Source: a virus (Duplodnaviria > Caudoviricetes). Taken from it: 64,000 bases of DNA. Under the pieces are notes generated by a model. That model did not search any database. It saw nothing but the letters and a program-made list of their open reading frames with translations, and was not told where the DNA came from. Location of the stretch: positions 1 to 64,000 of IMG/VR virus record IMGVR_UViG_2775507097_000001; one strand, written 5' to 3'. Below are positions 1 to 9,357 of this stretch, piece by piece; the first letter of the stretch is position 1; every line of letters begins with the position of its first letter. Made by a program: the position numbers and the translations under genes.

Positions 1-14
1 AGGCCGCTGTGGCT

Positions 15-116
15 CTACTGGTCGTAGTGGTCGGACGGTTCGTCGGGCTCGCCCTGCCGGGTCATGCAGGCCGGATCGTGGAGTTCGTCCGGCCTGGCAC
101 CGCAATCGCAGTGCAC
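15..116 (-). CDS. Possible 33-aa small protein (VHCDCGARPDELHDPACM...)
   Basis: Read by eye; GTG just after the upstream stop with GGAG RBS, high GC3. Confidence 0.35.
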   Translation of the reverse strand: MHCDCGARPDELHDPACMTRQGEPDEPSDHYDQ

Positions 117-117
117 G

Positions 118-315
118 TCACGACTCCGCGCGGGTCTGGTTGACGTGCGCGGCCCTGACGTAGCGCAGCTTTCCGATCCCGGGGGTGTGCAGCGTGTAGG
201 TCAGCTGGCCCGTGGAGGTGGAGGAGTCTACGACGGTCCACCAGGTGCCGCGGAAGCGCTGGATGCTGCCCTCGTACTTGACGAAGGCTCCGCGACTGAA
301 GCGCTTGGCAGGCAT
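118..315 (-). CDS. Small hypothetical protein (SH3/KOW-like beta pattern)
   Basis: MPAKRFSRGAFVKYEG...; GGGGG RBS before ATG 315; downstream of repeated promoter. Confidence 0.7.
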   Translation of the reverse strand: MPAKRFSRGAFVKYEGSIQRFRGTWWTVVDSSTSTGQLTYTLHTPGIGKLRYVRAAHVNQTRAES

Positions 316-352
316 GGATCCCCCTGTGGGTGGTGGTTGGTGCGGTGTGTCC

Positions 353-389
353 ACACTAGCCCATCTTCTATTACGTACGCAATACAAGA
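353..389 (-). promoter_or_regulatory. Promoter/operator copy 1: TTGCGT-N18-TAGTGT overlapping 26-bp imperfect palindrome
   Basis: TCTTCTATTACGTACGCAATACAAGA at 364-389, identical at 5949-5974, related copy at 18930-18955. Confidence 0.75.
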
Positions 390-408
390 TGCGGGAGGAT
401 CACACGAC

Positions 409-440
409 AAAGGGGCCTAGCCGTCAGGCCAGACCCCTTT
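409..440 (-). terminator. Intrinsic terminator after ssb
   Basis: Minus-strand hairpin AAAGGGGUCUGGCC/GGCUAGGCCCCUUU. Confidence 0.7.
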
Positions 441-457
441 GCGCCGAACACACAAGA

Positions 458-964
458 TCAAAACGGAGGTTCGTCCCCTCCCCACGACCCCGCAGCCTGA
501 CCCGCCGACTGCGCCGCAGCACCCCACGGATCACCCGACCCAGCCGACTGCTGCTGACGCGCCTGCCCGTACTCCTGCCGGCCCTGGCCCTGCCCCGAGT
601 TCCCCGAAGCCTTCGTCACCTTCGCCGTCGCCGAACGGAGGGACGGGCCGATGGAGTCGATACGGACCGAGATCTTCGACCGCTTCCCACCAGTCTGCTT
701 GTCCTCCCACGACTCCTGCACGGCCCGGCCCACCGCGACCACCTCCATTCCCTTGTCCAAGGAGTCACAGATGTTCTCGGCGAGCTGCTTGAAGGCCTTG
801 CAGTCCCAGTACGTCGTGTCCGCGTCGGACCACTCGCCGGAGGCAGAATCCTTCACCCGCCGCAACGTGACGATGGTGAACGCCGCTACCGCGACACCCG
901 AAGGACTGAACCGAAGCTCAGGCGACGCGGTCAACCGGCCGGTCAAGGTCATCGTGGTGCTCAT
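458..964 (-). CDS. ssb: Single-stranded DNA-binding protein
   Basis: GRLTASPELRFSPSG OB-fold start, G/Q-rich linker, acidic C-terminus DEPPF. Confidence 0.97.
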   Translation of the reverse strand: MSTTMTLTGRLTASPELRFSPSGVAVAAFTIVTLRRVKDSASGEWSDADTTYWDCKAFKQLAENICDSLDKGMEVVAVGRAVQESWEDKQTGGKRSKISVRIDSIGPSLRSATAKVTKASGNSGQGQGRQEYGQARQQQSAGSGDPWGAAAQSAGQAAGSWGGDEPPF

Positions 965-1956
965 GCTGCTGCTCCTGCCTTCTTGTTGGAGGACCTCAAC
1001 GCCAGAACGTTCAAGGACCGATTCATCTCTCGCGAAGCCTTCTCGGACGACTTGCCGCGCCCCTTACCCAGCGGGCCGCCCACATGCTTGTAGGTCAAAC
1101 CAGTGATCACGCTGCCGATAACCTTCCGGGTCACCCCGTAACGCAGCCCCAGCTCCTCATGCGTCACCCCGCCCCTCGCGTACCGCTGGCGGATCTGCAA
1201 CACCTGCGCATCCGTCAGCAAGCCCTGCGACGGCGGCACAACCGGGAACACCAGCCCCTGCCTCACGTACTTCTTCCGCATCCGCGACACGAACTGGGCC
1301 GTCGTATTCGGGGACTGCCCCCGCACCCGGTCGATGTCCAAATACGTCATCTTCCGACGCAGGCCCTCAGCGATCGCCGCGAGCTGCTGCTCATGCGTCA
1401 GACGCACCAGACCACCAGCCAGATAGTCGTTGATCTCACCCGCGTCGTCCGCCGAGGACGGTCCCAGAGCATCCCGGCCGGGCTCCGCGTCCGGCACGAT
1501 CTCGCCCGCAAGCCGGCCCGCCAGCCTGAGCGTCACCATCGACACCCCAGGCTCCGCGACCTCCGCGACAGGCTTCCCGTACGCGCCGGCCTCCAGCGCC
1601 AGCAGTCGAGCCTCCTCCGCGTCATACGCGCCGTCGATCCGCTCGTCCAGCAGCAGCTGGGCACGCTCCGAACCGGTCAGCCCGCCGCGGATCATGGGTT
1701 GTGAGACCAGCACGGACTCGTCGGCATCTATCTGCGCTGCTAGGCATTCCTGGAGCACCGGGCAGGACAGGCACGCCTGGCGGGCCCGTACGGCCTGTAC
1801 AGCGTCGTCTCCGTCCCACCAGGACGCGGGGCGGTTGTAGCAGGAGGATCGATGCTCCCAACTGTTCGTGAAGGATGTGGGGCGACGCCTCCAGTCCGTG
1901 GTGGGGAGCGCTGCCAGTGTCGTAACGCGGCGCGTCGCGGTCGCAGTGGCGGTCAT
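961..1956 (-). CDS. WhiB-like Fe-S domain protein with C-terminal HTH
   Basis: WEHRSSC...ARQACLSCPVLQECL...IRGGLTGSER; C-terminal LTDAQVLQIR...THEELGLRYGVT; start re-called at ATG 1956. Confidence 0.8.
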   Translation of the reverse strand: MTATATATRRVTTLAALPTTDWRRRPTSFTNSWEHRSSCYNRPASWWDGDDAVQAVRARQACLSCPVLQECLAAQIDADESVLVSQPMIRGGLTGSERAQLLLDERIDGAYDAEEARLLALEAGAYGKPVAEVAEPGVSMVTLRLAGRLAGEIVPDAEPGRDALGPSSADDAGEINDYLAGGLVRLTHEQQLAAIAEGLRRKMTYLDIDRVRGQSPNTTAQFVSRMRKKYVRQGLVFPVVPPSQGLLTDAQVLQIRQRYARGGVTHEELGLRYGVTRKVIGSVITGLTYKHVGGPLGKGRGKSSEKASREMNRSLNVLALRSSNKKAGAAA

Positions 1957-2414
1957 GCGAGGACTCCGGGCGGGTTGAGGAGGGCGATGTGGTCGGCGTG
2001 CATCTGGTCGAGGTCGGTGATCCACAGGACGAGCTGGGATCCCTTGACCGGGGTGCCGATGCGGGGGTCGGGGCCGAGGAGGTGGTCCTTGTTGTCGTCG
2101 GGGAGGATCCCGGCGTCCACGAGGCCATCGACAGCAGCTTTGGCGGAGGGCGCCCAGTTGCCGGGGTCGCGGCGTTTGATGCTGGTGTCCGGGTGGATGA
2201 CGAAGTAGACGTGGGCGCGCTGGAGGGCCGGGATGTCGCTGTGGCGGGCCATGGTCCATGCGGCGTTGCGGATGACCTTCACCATCTCGGCTTTGCGCCT
2301 GAAGTGCAGGTTCTGGTTGGCGTTGATGAGCTTGGTTTTGGCGGGGAGTTCGAGGCGCCAGGACTGGGGGCGGATGATGCCGCCGTGCTCGGCCTCGGGG
2401 GCGGTCATGGTCAC
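1953..2414 (-). CDS. RusA-like Holliday junction resolvase
   Basis: RRDPGNWAPSAKAAVDGLVDAGILPDDN matches RusA D-x-x-N...K...D...DD pattern. Confidence 0.8.
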   Translation of the reverse strand: MTMTAPEAEHGGIIRPQSWRLELPAKTKLINANQNLHFRRKAEMVKVIRNAAWTMARHSDIPALQRAHVYFVIHPDTSIKRRDPGNWAPSAKAAVDGLVDAGILPDDNKDHLLGPDPRIGTPVKGSQLVLWITDLDQMHADHIALLNPPGVLA

Positions 2415-2887
2415 GTGGCAAGTCCCCTCTGGTTACGGAGTCGGTAGGCCCGCATGTGCTGTGAATGGACTGCTTTGCATTCCGGGCAGCGGCAGCCGTA
2501 GTTGTTGTAGGTGGCTCGCTTGCCGTGGCCTGCTCGGTCGGCCCTGGCAGGGTCTGCTCGGCGTTCGGCACGAATGCGGACTTGTTCACGGGCGTGGGCT
2601 GCACGGCATTCGGAGCAGCGGCAGCCGCGCTGGTAGCCGTTGAGGCCGTGTGTGATGGGCGTGGCTTGTCGCGGCTTGTAGTGGCGAGTGCAGAGGGGGC
2701 GAACCCCGTCGTCGGTGCTGGTGCTGGGCTTGTATTCGGCGAGGGGGCGCCATTCCTTGCAGGCGCGGCACCACTTCAGTCCGGCGTCCTTCTTGGTCAT
2801 GTATGCGGCCGGTGTGAGTCCGAGACGGGTCGCGGCTGCGCGGATGCCGGCCGGGTACTCGGCGGTCTCAGGGGCGGTCATGGTCAC
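2411..2887 (-). CDS. Cys-rich putative zinc-binding protein
   Basis: KWCRACKEW and two HG...Y..GCRCxEC repeats; start re-called. Confidence 0.7.
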   Translation of the reverse strand: MTMTAPETAEYPAGIRAAATRLGLTPAAYMTKKDAGLKWCRACKEWRPLAEYKPSTSTDDGVRPLCTRHYKPRQATPITHGLNGYQRGCRCSECRAAHAREQVRIRAERRADPARADRAGHGKRATYNNYGCRCPECKAVHSQHMRAYRLRNQRGLAT

Positions 2888-3288
2888 TTCGTCACCGCCG
2901 TTTCCTGCGGGGCGGTGGTGAGCATGCGGTGGCCCTGGTAGTCCTCGCGCGGTACGAGGGTGAGCTGGCCGGGCGGGTCCGGGATGGGCTGCGGGTCGGC
3001 GGGGCCGTCGTCCTCGTGCCGGTACTCGATGCACCGGTACTGGTTCGGGATGGAGATGTATCCCTCCACCGAGCGCGGTCCTTCCATCCACTGGATGGGG
3101 GTGCGGCCCAGGTAGGCGACCATGATGAGCGGGCATCCGGGGCCGGCGGTCTCTTCGGAGCGCTGCTCGCGGTCGTGCCAGCAGGTCTCGCAGTTCGCGT
3201 AGAACCAGCCGTCGGCCTCAGTCCCGTTGGAGAACGGTGTCTCGTGGCGGGCTTCGTCGTACAGGGCGTCCACACTGTCGGGCGTCAT
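2884..3288 (-). CDS. Hypothetical phage protein
   Basis: PFSNGTE...NCETCWHD; start/stop overlaps with neighbours. Confidence 0.75.
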   Translation of the reverse strand: MTPDSVDALYDEARHETPFSNGTEADGWFYANCETCWHDREQRSEETAGPGCPLIMVAYLGRTPIQWMEGPRSVEGYISIPNQYRCIEYRHEDDGPADPQPIPDPPGQLTLVPREDYQGHRMLTTAPQETAVTK

Positions 3289-3653
3289 GCCTCTTCCTCT
3301 TCGTCGTCGATGCGGGTCTGGGTGACGGCGATGGTGAGGGGGACGGATCCGTCGGCGTCGGATGCGCAGAACACCCACTGGTTGATGTCCGGGTCGATGT
3401 GGGCGTGTTCGTGGTGGGCCATCTCGACGTACTTGCCGTCGGGCAGGAGTACGTTGCATTCGACGGCGAACGGGGTCTTGGGGAGGTGCCCAAGGCGGAG
3501 GAGGTCGCCGTTCCAGACGCGGAGGCCGGGGTGGGCCTTGACCGCGGCGCCGAGCTGGTTGTCACCGTTCTCGGCGGCGATGAGGGCGTCCACGTTGGCC
3601 TGGTGGAGGGCGGCTGCGAGGGCGGCAATGTAGCCGGGTGTCGGTTCAGGCAT
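3285..3653 (-). CDS. Hypothetical protein
   Basis: Translationally coupled ORF in operon. Confidence 0.7.
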   Translation of the reverse strand: MPEPTPGYIAALAAALHQANVDALIAAENGDNQLGAAVKAHPGLRVWNGDLLRLGHLPKTPFAVECNVLLPDGKYVEMAHHEHAHIDPDINQWVFCASDADGSVPLTIAVTQTRIDDEEEEA

Positions 3654-4152
3654 CCGCGGACTCCTTGAGGGCGTCAGCGACGGTGCGACCCCGGTAGGTG
3701 AGCGTCGGCGCCAGTTCCCGGGCGAGCTTCAGGGCTGCGTCGTGGTCAAACTGGTGCGTGGCCAGCCATGCGGCTTCAGCCTGGTCGTCCTCCCCGAAGT
3801 CGGGCTCGTAGGACCAGGTGCCATCGGTGCCGTAGCAGCGGAGGCGCTGTGTGATGGAGTACTGGCCGTTGCCGCGGTAGTGGACGTTGATCGTGAACGT
3901 GTATCGGTCTTCGTGGCCTTCGGGAAGGCTGCTGACGACGTAGCGGATGGGAAGGATGGTGGCCTGCTGACTGGTCTCTTCGGCTTCCTGCTGGGCCTGT
4001 TGCTGTACGGCTGCTCCTGCGAGGACGGCTTCGATGACGTGCTGGAGGATTTCCTTCGGGTCGCCCTGGAGGACGATCGCCATGGCGGCGGCCGGGCAGA
4101 GCTGGTTGAGGGCTCCCGCGGCAATGTCAGTGAGCTGGGCGGTGTCGGTCAC
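3646..4152 (-). CDS. Hypothetical protein
   Basis: Coupled ORF, normal composition. Confidence 0.7.
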   Translation of the reverse strand: MTDTAQLTDIAAGALNQLCPAAAMAIVLQGDPKEILQHVIEAVLAGAAVQQQAQQEAEETSQQATILPIRYVVSSLPEGHEDRYTFTINVHYRGNGQYSITQRLRCYGTDGTWSYEPDFGEDDQAEAAWLATHQFDHDAALKLARELAPTLTYRGRTVADALKESADA

Positions 4153-4787
4153 GGCTCGGGGTGCTCCTTCGGGGTCTCGGTGTCGGCGGCCGTGCGGGCG
4201 GCGAGACCGGCGGCGATGGTGGTGACGGAGAGCGGCTCGGTGTCCGCGGTGGTCTTCTTCGCGGCCTGGATGCCGTCGATGAGCGCGAGCGCTTTGGGCG
4301 TGTAGTGGCGGGTGTGGCAGTGGACGGCGTGGGCGACGGCGGAGCGGAGGTCGTTGGGGGTGTGGATGGGTTCGCAGTGGTGGGCGCCTTGGGCGCAGGG
4401 GGTGAAGGTGTGGAAGGGGGCGGCGGAGTTGTCGTCGGGGGTGTAGGCGAGGAGGGCTCCGGAGGGGAAGGAGCGGGTGACGGTGCCGTCGGGGCGTTCC
4501 TGCCAGTCGCGTATGAGGCCGGCGGGCAGGTTGTGGGTGCGGGCGGCGTAGTAGGCGGCGATCTGCTTCTCGGTGATGAACTCGACGGGCCGGGTGGGGA
4601 GCGGGGCGGGCGGCTTGACCAGGGAGACACGCGGGCGCTTGGCCAGGGACACAGGCGGGTTGGCGGGCTTCGGGATGGCCTTGCGGGCCGGCCGGGTGCT
4701 GGTGCGCTTCGCGGCCGCCTTCTTGGCGGCGGGCTTCGGGGCCGGTGCGGTGGTGGTGGCCTGCGCAGCGCGTGTTCTGGTGGTCAT
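4149..4787 (-). CDS. Hypothetical protein with basic Ala/Lys/Pro-rich N-terminus
   Basis: PKPAAKKAAAKRTSTRPARK; coupled ORF. Confidence 0.7.
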   Translation of the reverse strand: MTTRTRAAQATTTAPAPKPAAKKAAAKRTSTRPARKAIPKPANPPVSLAKRPRVSLVKPPAPLPTRPVEFITEKQIAAYYAARTHNLPAGLIRDWQERPDGTVTRSFPSGALLAYTPDDNSAAPFHTFTPCAQGAHHCEPIHTPNDLRSAVAHAVHCHTRHYTPKALALIDGIQAAKKTTADTEPLSVTTIAAGLAARTAADTETPKEHPEP

Positions 4788-4912
4788 TGCTGTTCTCCGT
4801 CCTGCGGGTTCTTGGGTGGGGCTGTGCTGCTCCGGTGCTTGTGCTGGTGGAGGGTGATGAGGAGTGCGATCGCGGTGAGGACGGCGGCGGCGATGCCGTC
4901 CGGCCAGCTCAT
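4784..4912 (-). CDS. Small single-TM protein (42 aa)
   Basis: MSWPDGIAAAVLTAIALLITL; ATGA overlaps at both ends. Confidence 0.6.
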   Translation of the reverse strand: MSWPDGIAAAVLTAIALLITLHQHKHRSSTAPPKNPQDGEQQ

Positions 4913-5127
4913 TGGGAGTTCGCCGCCTGCTGTGATGCGGTGACGATGCAGTCGGCCGCGTGCATGTAGCGGGCCGGACTGTTGTCGTCGTGCTCCCGCT
5001 CCGGCTGGCAGTGGCACAGCAGCGCCTCGATGGCAGTCAGCTGCCGCTTGGCCTCGTCCAGTTCGGACTTGACCTGCTCGATGCGGGCGTTCAGCTCGGT
5101 GGAGCGATCGGCCAGGTTCTGTTCCAT
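4909..5127 (-). CDS. Small coiled-coil protein
   Basis: Heptad pattern LNARIEQVKSELDEAKRQL. Confidence 0.65.
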   Translation of the reverse strand: MEQNLADRSTELNARIEQVKSELDEAKRQLTAIEALLCHCQPEREHDDNSPARYMHAADCIVTASQQAANSQ

Positions 5128-5375
5128 CAGGACGGCTCCTGCTCTGCACGGCCGGAGATGCGGCGCTCCTCCAGCTCGGCGCCCTTCACGTAGGCGCTGT
5201 AGCCCTGGGCGTACGCGAGGTTGGGGTGCAGGTCGGCGATGTATGCGGCACGGACGCTGAGCTGGTGGATGGTCAGGGTGGCGTGGTCGTCGTAGGCGTC
5301 GGCGCGTCCGGCGAACCGGTCGAGTTCCGCGGCGGAAAAGTTGCCGGCGGTCTGGGCGAAGGTCATGGTCGTCAT
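5127..5375 (-). CDS. Hypothetical protein
   Basis: Coupled ORF. Confidence 0.65.
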   Translation of the reverse strand: MTTMTFAQTAGNFSAAELDRFAGRADAYDDHATLTIHQLSVRAAYIADLHPNLAYAQGYSAYVKGAELEERRISGRAEQEPS

Positions 5376-5409
5376 GGCGTCGGGTTCGTTCTTGGCTGGG
5401 GGGTGGGGG

Positions 5410-5730
5410 TTATGCGACGGCTTCGGTGATGTCCGGGTGGATGTCCTCGCCGGCGAGGGAGAGGGCGTGGACCAGGACCGGGGTGCTCGAGCCGTCGGAG
5501 CGGAGCTCGGTGTGGGTGTGGAGCGTCCAGAGGGTTACGGCGCCGCCTGCGCGCTGCCGGGTGACGTAGCCGCCCAGGGCGTTGATCCAGGCGCGGAGTT
5601 CGTGGATGTCGGCGGTGAAGATGTGGGCCGCGGTGTCGCGTGCGGTGATACGTCCTGTGGGGAGGCCGTGGAGGTCGGCGGTGACCTGGGCGTCGATGGC
5701 CGGGTCGGTGCGGCGGATGCTGATCGGCAT
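5410..5730 (-). CDS. Hypothetical protein
   Basis: MPISIRRTDP with GGGGAG RBS; start re-called. Confidence 0.7.
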   Translation of the reverse strand: MPISIRRTDPAIDAQVTADLHGLPTGRITARDTAAHIFTADIHELRAWINALGGYVTRQRAGGAVTLWTLHTHTELRSDGSSTPVLVHALSLAGEDIHPDITEAVA

Positions 5731-5937
5731 GCGGGTCTCCCCTGCTGGTGGTGCGTGTGGTTGTTCACCCGGCGCGCGCAGAGCGTGTCGTGCGCGGCCG
5801 GGGAGCTGTTGGGTGTCAGGCGACTTCGCCGCGCATAACGGCCATGAGGAAGTCGTCCAGGACGATCGGGGCGGGCTCCGGGTGGTCAGGAAGGGTGCGA
5901 GGACTGCCTGTTGGGGCGGTTCCTGGGCTGTGGGACC

Positions 5938-5974
5938 ACCGTAACCCATCTTCTATTACGTACGCAATACAAGA
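5938..5974 (-). promoter_or_regulatory. Promoter/operator copy 2: TTGCGT-N18-TACGGT
   Basis: Same 26-bp palindrome as 364-389. Confidence 0.75.
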
Positions 5975-5988
5975 GCGCGGGGGATGAG

Positions 5989-6025
5989 AAAAGCCCCTGC
6001 CCCGCGGGTCTGGGGGCAAGGGCTT
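5989..6025 (-). terminator. Intrinsic terminator
   Basis: AAGCCCUUGCCCC/GGGGCAGGGGCUU followed by U run on the minus strand. Confidence 0.75.
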
Positions 6026-6044
6026 CACTGGCAGGGTGGGGCGT

Positions 6045-6275
6045 TCAGGCGTCGCGGGCTCTGATCTTCACCGCGTGGACCTTCAACAGGGCCGTGTACG
6101 AGAAGTAGTTGGTCTTGCCGCGGCGGACCTTCTTGATGCCCTCCTGGCGGATCCAGTTCTCCAGGGTGCTCTTCGGGGCCGGATGGCCGGTTCGCTGGAA
6201 CAGCGCGACAGCCTCATCGAGAGTTACCGGATCGGGGATGCCGGCGATGGTCGGTATGGCGGACGTGATGGCCAT
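6045..6275 (-). CDS. Small MerR/Xis-like HTH DNA-binding protein
   Basis: VTLDEAVALF...KSTLENWIRQEGI...NYFSYTAL. Confidence 0.7.
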   Translation of the reverse strand: MAITSAIPTIAGIPDPVTLDEAVALFQRTGHPAPKSTLENWIRQEGIKKVRRGKTNYFSYTALLKVHAVKIRARDA

Positions 6276-6396
6276 GCGGCCTCCCATGATCGACGGCCAC
6301 AGTTCGCAGCTCCGGCGGCCGATGACGGGCGGATTCGAGGAATCCGTTCGTGTGCTTTGTGTGCGGTTGTTCTTCTGTAGACAGGCGAACCGGCAG

Positions 6397-6933
6397 TCAG
6401 GTTGCGCGGATTTTCAAGATTTCTTTCTGCGTCACGTACTGAGTAGCCAGGCGGGCCAGGGTCCATGCCGACGACATTCCGTCGCGTCCACGGCACTCCA
6501 CGTTCAGGCACATGGCCCGCCGCGTGTAGGGCTGCCACTGCAGGCCCCACGTCGTGCAGCGGGGGCAGGGGTGCGCGCAGACGACATCGTGGTCGCCGAG
6601 CGCGATGGCGTGCTCGAGGCTCTGACGGTAGATCACGATGTCGCGGCGCTGGCGGACTTCGGCCGGGGCGTCCTCGGTCTGTTCCTCCCACCAGGCGTAG
6701 ACGTCGCGGACGCGGGCCGGGACCGGTCCGATGTCGCCGGCGGCCTCGTCACGGGCATGCTGGACGACTTCGTCGACGCAGCGGGACATGTAGTCGACGA
6801 TGCCGAGGTTGAGCGGGGCACCGGGGGTGACGCTGGGGGAGCGGCGTTCGGAGGGGCCGGTCTGGGGGTGTTCGCGGTAGTGGGTGGCCAGCAGGTGGAG
6901 CCGAAATGCGGCGTCTTCTGTGTCGCGGCCCAT
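6397..6933 (-). CDS. Hypothetical protein with C-terminal zinc ribbon
   Basis: CPRC...CLNVEC; start re-called at ATG 6933. Confidence 0.7.
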   Translation of the reverse strand: MGRDTEDAAFRLHLLATHYREHPQTGPSERRSPSVTPGAPLNLGIVDYMSRCVDEVVQHARDEAAGDIGPVPARVRDVYAWWEEQTEDAPAEVRQRRDIVIYRQSLEHAIALGDHDVVCAHPCPRCTTWGLQWQPYTRRAMCLNVECRGRDGMSSAWTLARLATQYVTQKEILKIRAT

Positions 6934-7164
6934 GGTGTCCCCGTCCCCTCGGGCGGCCCCCGGGGCGCGGATCGTCCGTACGTATGTCGGGGCGCGCGCC
7001 GGTGGCCGGAAAGCGTGATTCCGGGCTGTTTCCGGACGCCCCACTATGGCACGCGAGTGAGGGGACGTGAACGTTCCGTAAGAAAGGATCAATGCCCCTG
7101 GCATGAGAGTTACTGAGCGGTGACCTTGTGAAGATGAAACAACCCCCGGCATATGCGGACAAGT

Positions 7165-7527
7165 TCAGAGGAGGCCGGGCGCCGCCTTCATCCCGTCGAT
7201 CATGGCGTGAAGTTCCCGGCGTTGCTCATCGTCCACGATCCCGTGCACGTGGGCTCCCGCAAGCATGGTGCTCACCAGGTCCAGAGTGATCTGATAGGCC
7301 TCTGCGGTGTCCGGGTCGGTGAGAGTCCGCTCGCACTTCAGGAAGCGCGCCTCGACGCTGTCGGTGAGACGCTGCTGCGGGGACGCTGATGGTTCGCTGG
7401 ATTCCCTGGGGTCCGGCACGGTGTCCTCCCTACGCTGCTTACGGCGTGAGGAAGGGCCCTTGCGGAACAGGATGACGGTGCCAGGGCCACCGTCTGGCCC
7501 GGGGTCAAGGGGCTCTGCTGCGGACAT
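7165..7527 (-). CDS. Hypothetical protein
   Basis: MSAAEPLDPG with GGGGA RBS. Confidence 0.65.
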   Translation of the reverse strand: MSAAEPLDPGPDGGPGTVILFRKGPSSRRKQRREDTVPDPRESSEPSASPQQRLTDSVEARFLKCERTLTDPDTAEAYQITLDLVSTMLAGAHVHGIVDDEQRRELHAMIDGMKAAPGLL

Positions 7528-8127
7528 GGGGTGTCCCCGATCCCTGGCAGAAGTGGGAAGGTCCTCGTACGCCCGGTCGGTGTCGGCGGTCCACCCGGGC
7601 CCCCCGCGCGTCCGGCTGCCAGTCCAGACACTTGGACTTGCCACTGTGGCATCGATTCCAGGCGGTCGGTAAGTGACTGCGGGGTATTAACCGCCTGCTG
7701 ACATGTATTCGATACGGTTTTGGCCAGAGGGTGACGGAGAGGCTACATCCGGATACGGAAACAGCCCCTGCGAGTGCCAGAAGGTTCAGGCGATTCGAGG
7801 GGCTGAACGGTCCTCCCGGGCATGCCCGTTCGTTGACGGCAGTCTAATCCGGGAAGTCCCCATGCAGTACAGAGGCTTGCCCAGTTTTTTCGGCCGGGGA
7901 GTGTGGGGGATGGCGGACGCGCGGCCGGGCCGCCCCCGGAGGGCTGCGATCCACGCGGGGGCTGTCCCCGGCCGTGCAGCCGTCGGCCATGGGAACCGGC
8001 AGCACCCCCCACCCAAGGCGCATATATGCACTCCGGGAAGGGACTTGCACAGGGATCACTCAGGTGGGTGACAGATAAACCCCGTCATCCGGCACGTATT
8101 CGACCGAATCTGGTCGGCGCATGACGA

Positions 8128-8166
8128 GGCCCCGCCCTCTACCTCGCGGGCAAGGAGAGCGGGGCC
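8128..8166 (-). terminator. Terminator-like hairpin after parB
   Basis: GGCCCCGC...GCGGGGCC stem just past the parB stop. Confidence 0.6.
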
Positions 8167-8181
8167 AGTCGCGCAGATGGT

Positions 8182-9357
8182 TCAGATGGCGCTCGCGGTC
8201 ACCCGCGCCAGCACCCTGGCCAGGGCTTCAGGGTTCTTCTCCCGGCCTTTCTCCAAGAGGACGTGCAGCATCAGGAAGTACGGCTCGTCGACCATCTTCA
8301 GCGCCAGGTGCTGCCCCAGAATGGGGCCGTCGTCGTACGGCAAGGTACTTCCGCTGGGCAACGGCGCTTCGAGGCCCCGCTCGGTGTGGCGCGGCTCGGG
8401 GAGGACCGGCTGGATCGGATCCGGCTGCGCCTGCACGGCATCCGGTTCCAACGTGGCCGGGTTCGGCTTTACCGCGCTAAAGGTCTGCGCGGTGGTCACC
8501 GACTCGAGGACCGCCTTGCCGGATGTGGGCGGCGGCTGTGGTGGCGCGTATACCGCGGTATACGTCTCCGGGGCCGGGGCCGCCTCTACAGCCGTCGCGG
8601 GAGCCGAAGCCGGCGCGGCGGCGGGAGCAAGGACGGGGGCAAAAGCAGGGACGGGGGCGGGTTTCGGTGCGGAGGGTGCCAGGGGCGGCTGCTCCTGGTC
8701 CGTCTTCCACGCCGGATACTGCTCGTCGGATGGCATTGCCGCGTACCGGCGCATGTCCCGGAACGCCGTCAGCTTTCCGTCGAAGACGAGCTGCACCATC
8801 TCGTCGGTGAGGCGCAGCAGGCCGATCCGCTGGTTGAACCATTGCTTCGACTTGCCCATGGCCTTCGCCGCGGCGGACTGGTTGCCGTCGTGGAGAGCCA
8901 GCATCGCGTGCAGGCCGTTGGCCTCTTCGATGGGGTTGAAGTTGGCGCGCTGCACGTTCTCCGCCAGCACGGCGGAGAAGAACCGGATCCTGGACTCGGT
9001 CAGGTCGTGCCGCAGCAGCACGTCGAGACTGTCCAGGCCCACCTTGAGGGCGGCACGCCAGCGGCGCTCACCGGCCGCCATGACGTAGCGGCAGCCGTCG
9101 GGCAGATGCCCGGCGTGTTCGGGGTACAGCTTCAGGTAGGCGGCCTTGGAGACGGCCACGCAGGGCTGCAGCTGTCCGGCACGCATGCCCTCGCCGAGCT
9201 CGGCGAGTTCGGTCTCGTCGAAGTTCCGCCGCGGGTTGAGCGGTGTGGGAGCGACGGTGTCCGGGTGGACGTGGACGAGATCGGGTCGGCCGGCCCCGGG
9301 GACTGCCTCAACCTTGGCGCCGGCCAGGGAGGCGAGAGAGACGCGCTTGCCCGACAT
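8182..9357 (-). CDS. parB: ParB/Spo0J partition protein
   Basis: NPRRNF, GERRWRA arginine patch, ENVQR, HTH NQSAAAKAMGKSKQW; follows parA. Confidence 0.95.
   Translation of the reverse strand: MSGKRVSLASLAGAKVEAVPGAGRPDLVHVHPDTVAPTPLNPRRNFDETELAELGEGMRAGQLQPCVAVSKAAYLKLYPEHAGHLPDGCRYVMAAGERRWRAALKVGLDSLDVLLRHDLTESRIRFFSAVLAENVQRANFNPIEEANGLHAMLALHDGNQSAAAKAMGKSKQWFNQRIGLLRLTDEMVQLVFDGKLTAFRDMRRYAAMPSDEQYPAWKTDQEQPPLAPSAPKPAPVPAFAPVLAPAAAPASAPATAVEAAPAPETYTAVYAPPQPPPTSGKAVLESVTTAQTFSAVKPNPATLEPDAVQAQPDPIQPVLPEPRHTERGLEAPLPSGSTLPYDDGPILGQHLALKMVDEPYFLMLHVLLEKGREKNPEALARVLARVTASAI
8547..8564. promoter_or_regulatory. Candidate parS inside parB
   Basis: Perfect palindrome CGTATACCGCGGTATACG. Confidence 0.75.

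Noticed and set aside
5816-5940. ORF-like remnant ending ...IVLDDFLMAVMRGEVA
   Set aside because: No start codon downstream of the promoter for the full frame
7530-8120. Possible origin or ncRNA in ~600-bp intergenic region
   Set aside because: No iterons or convincing structure found; better origin candidate lies inside rep
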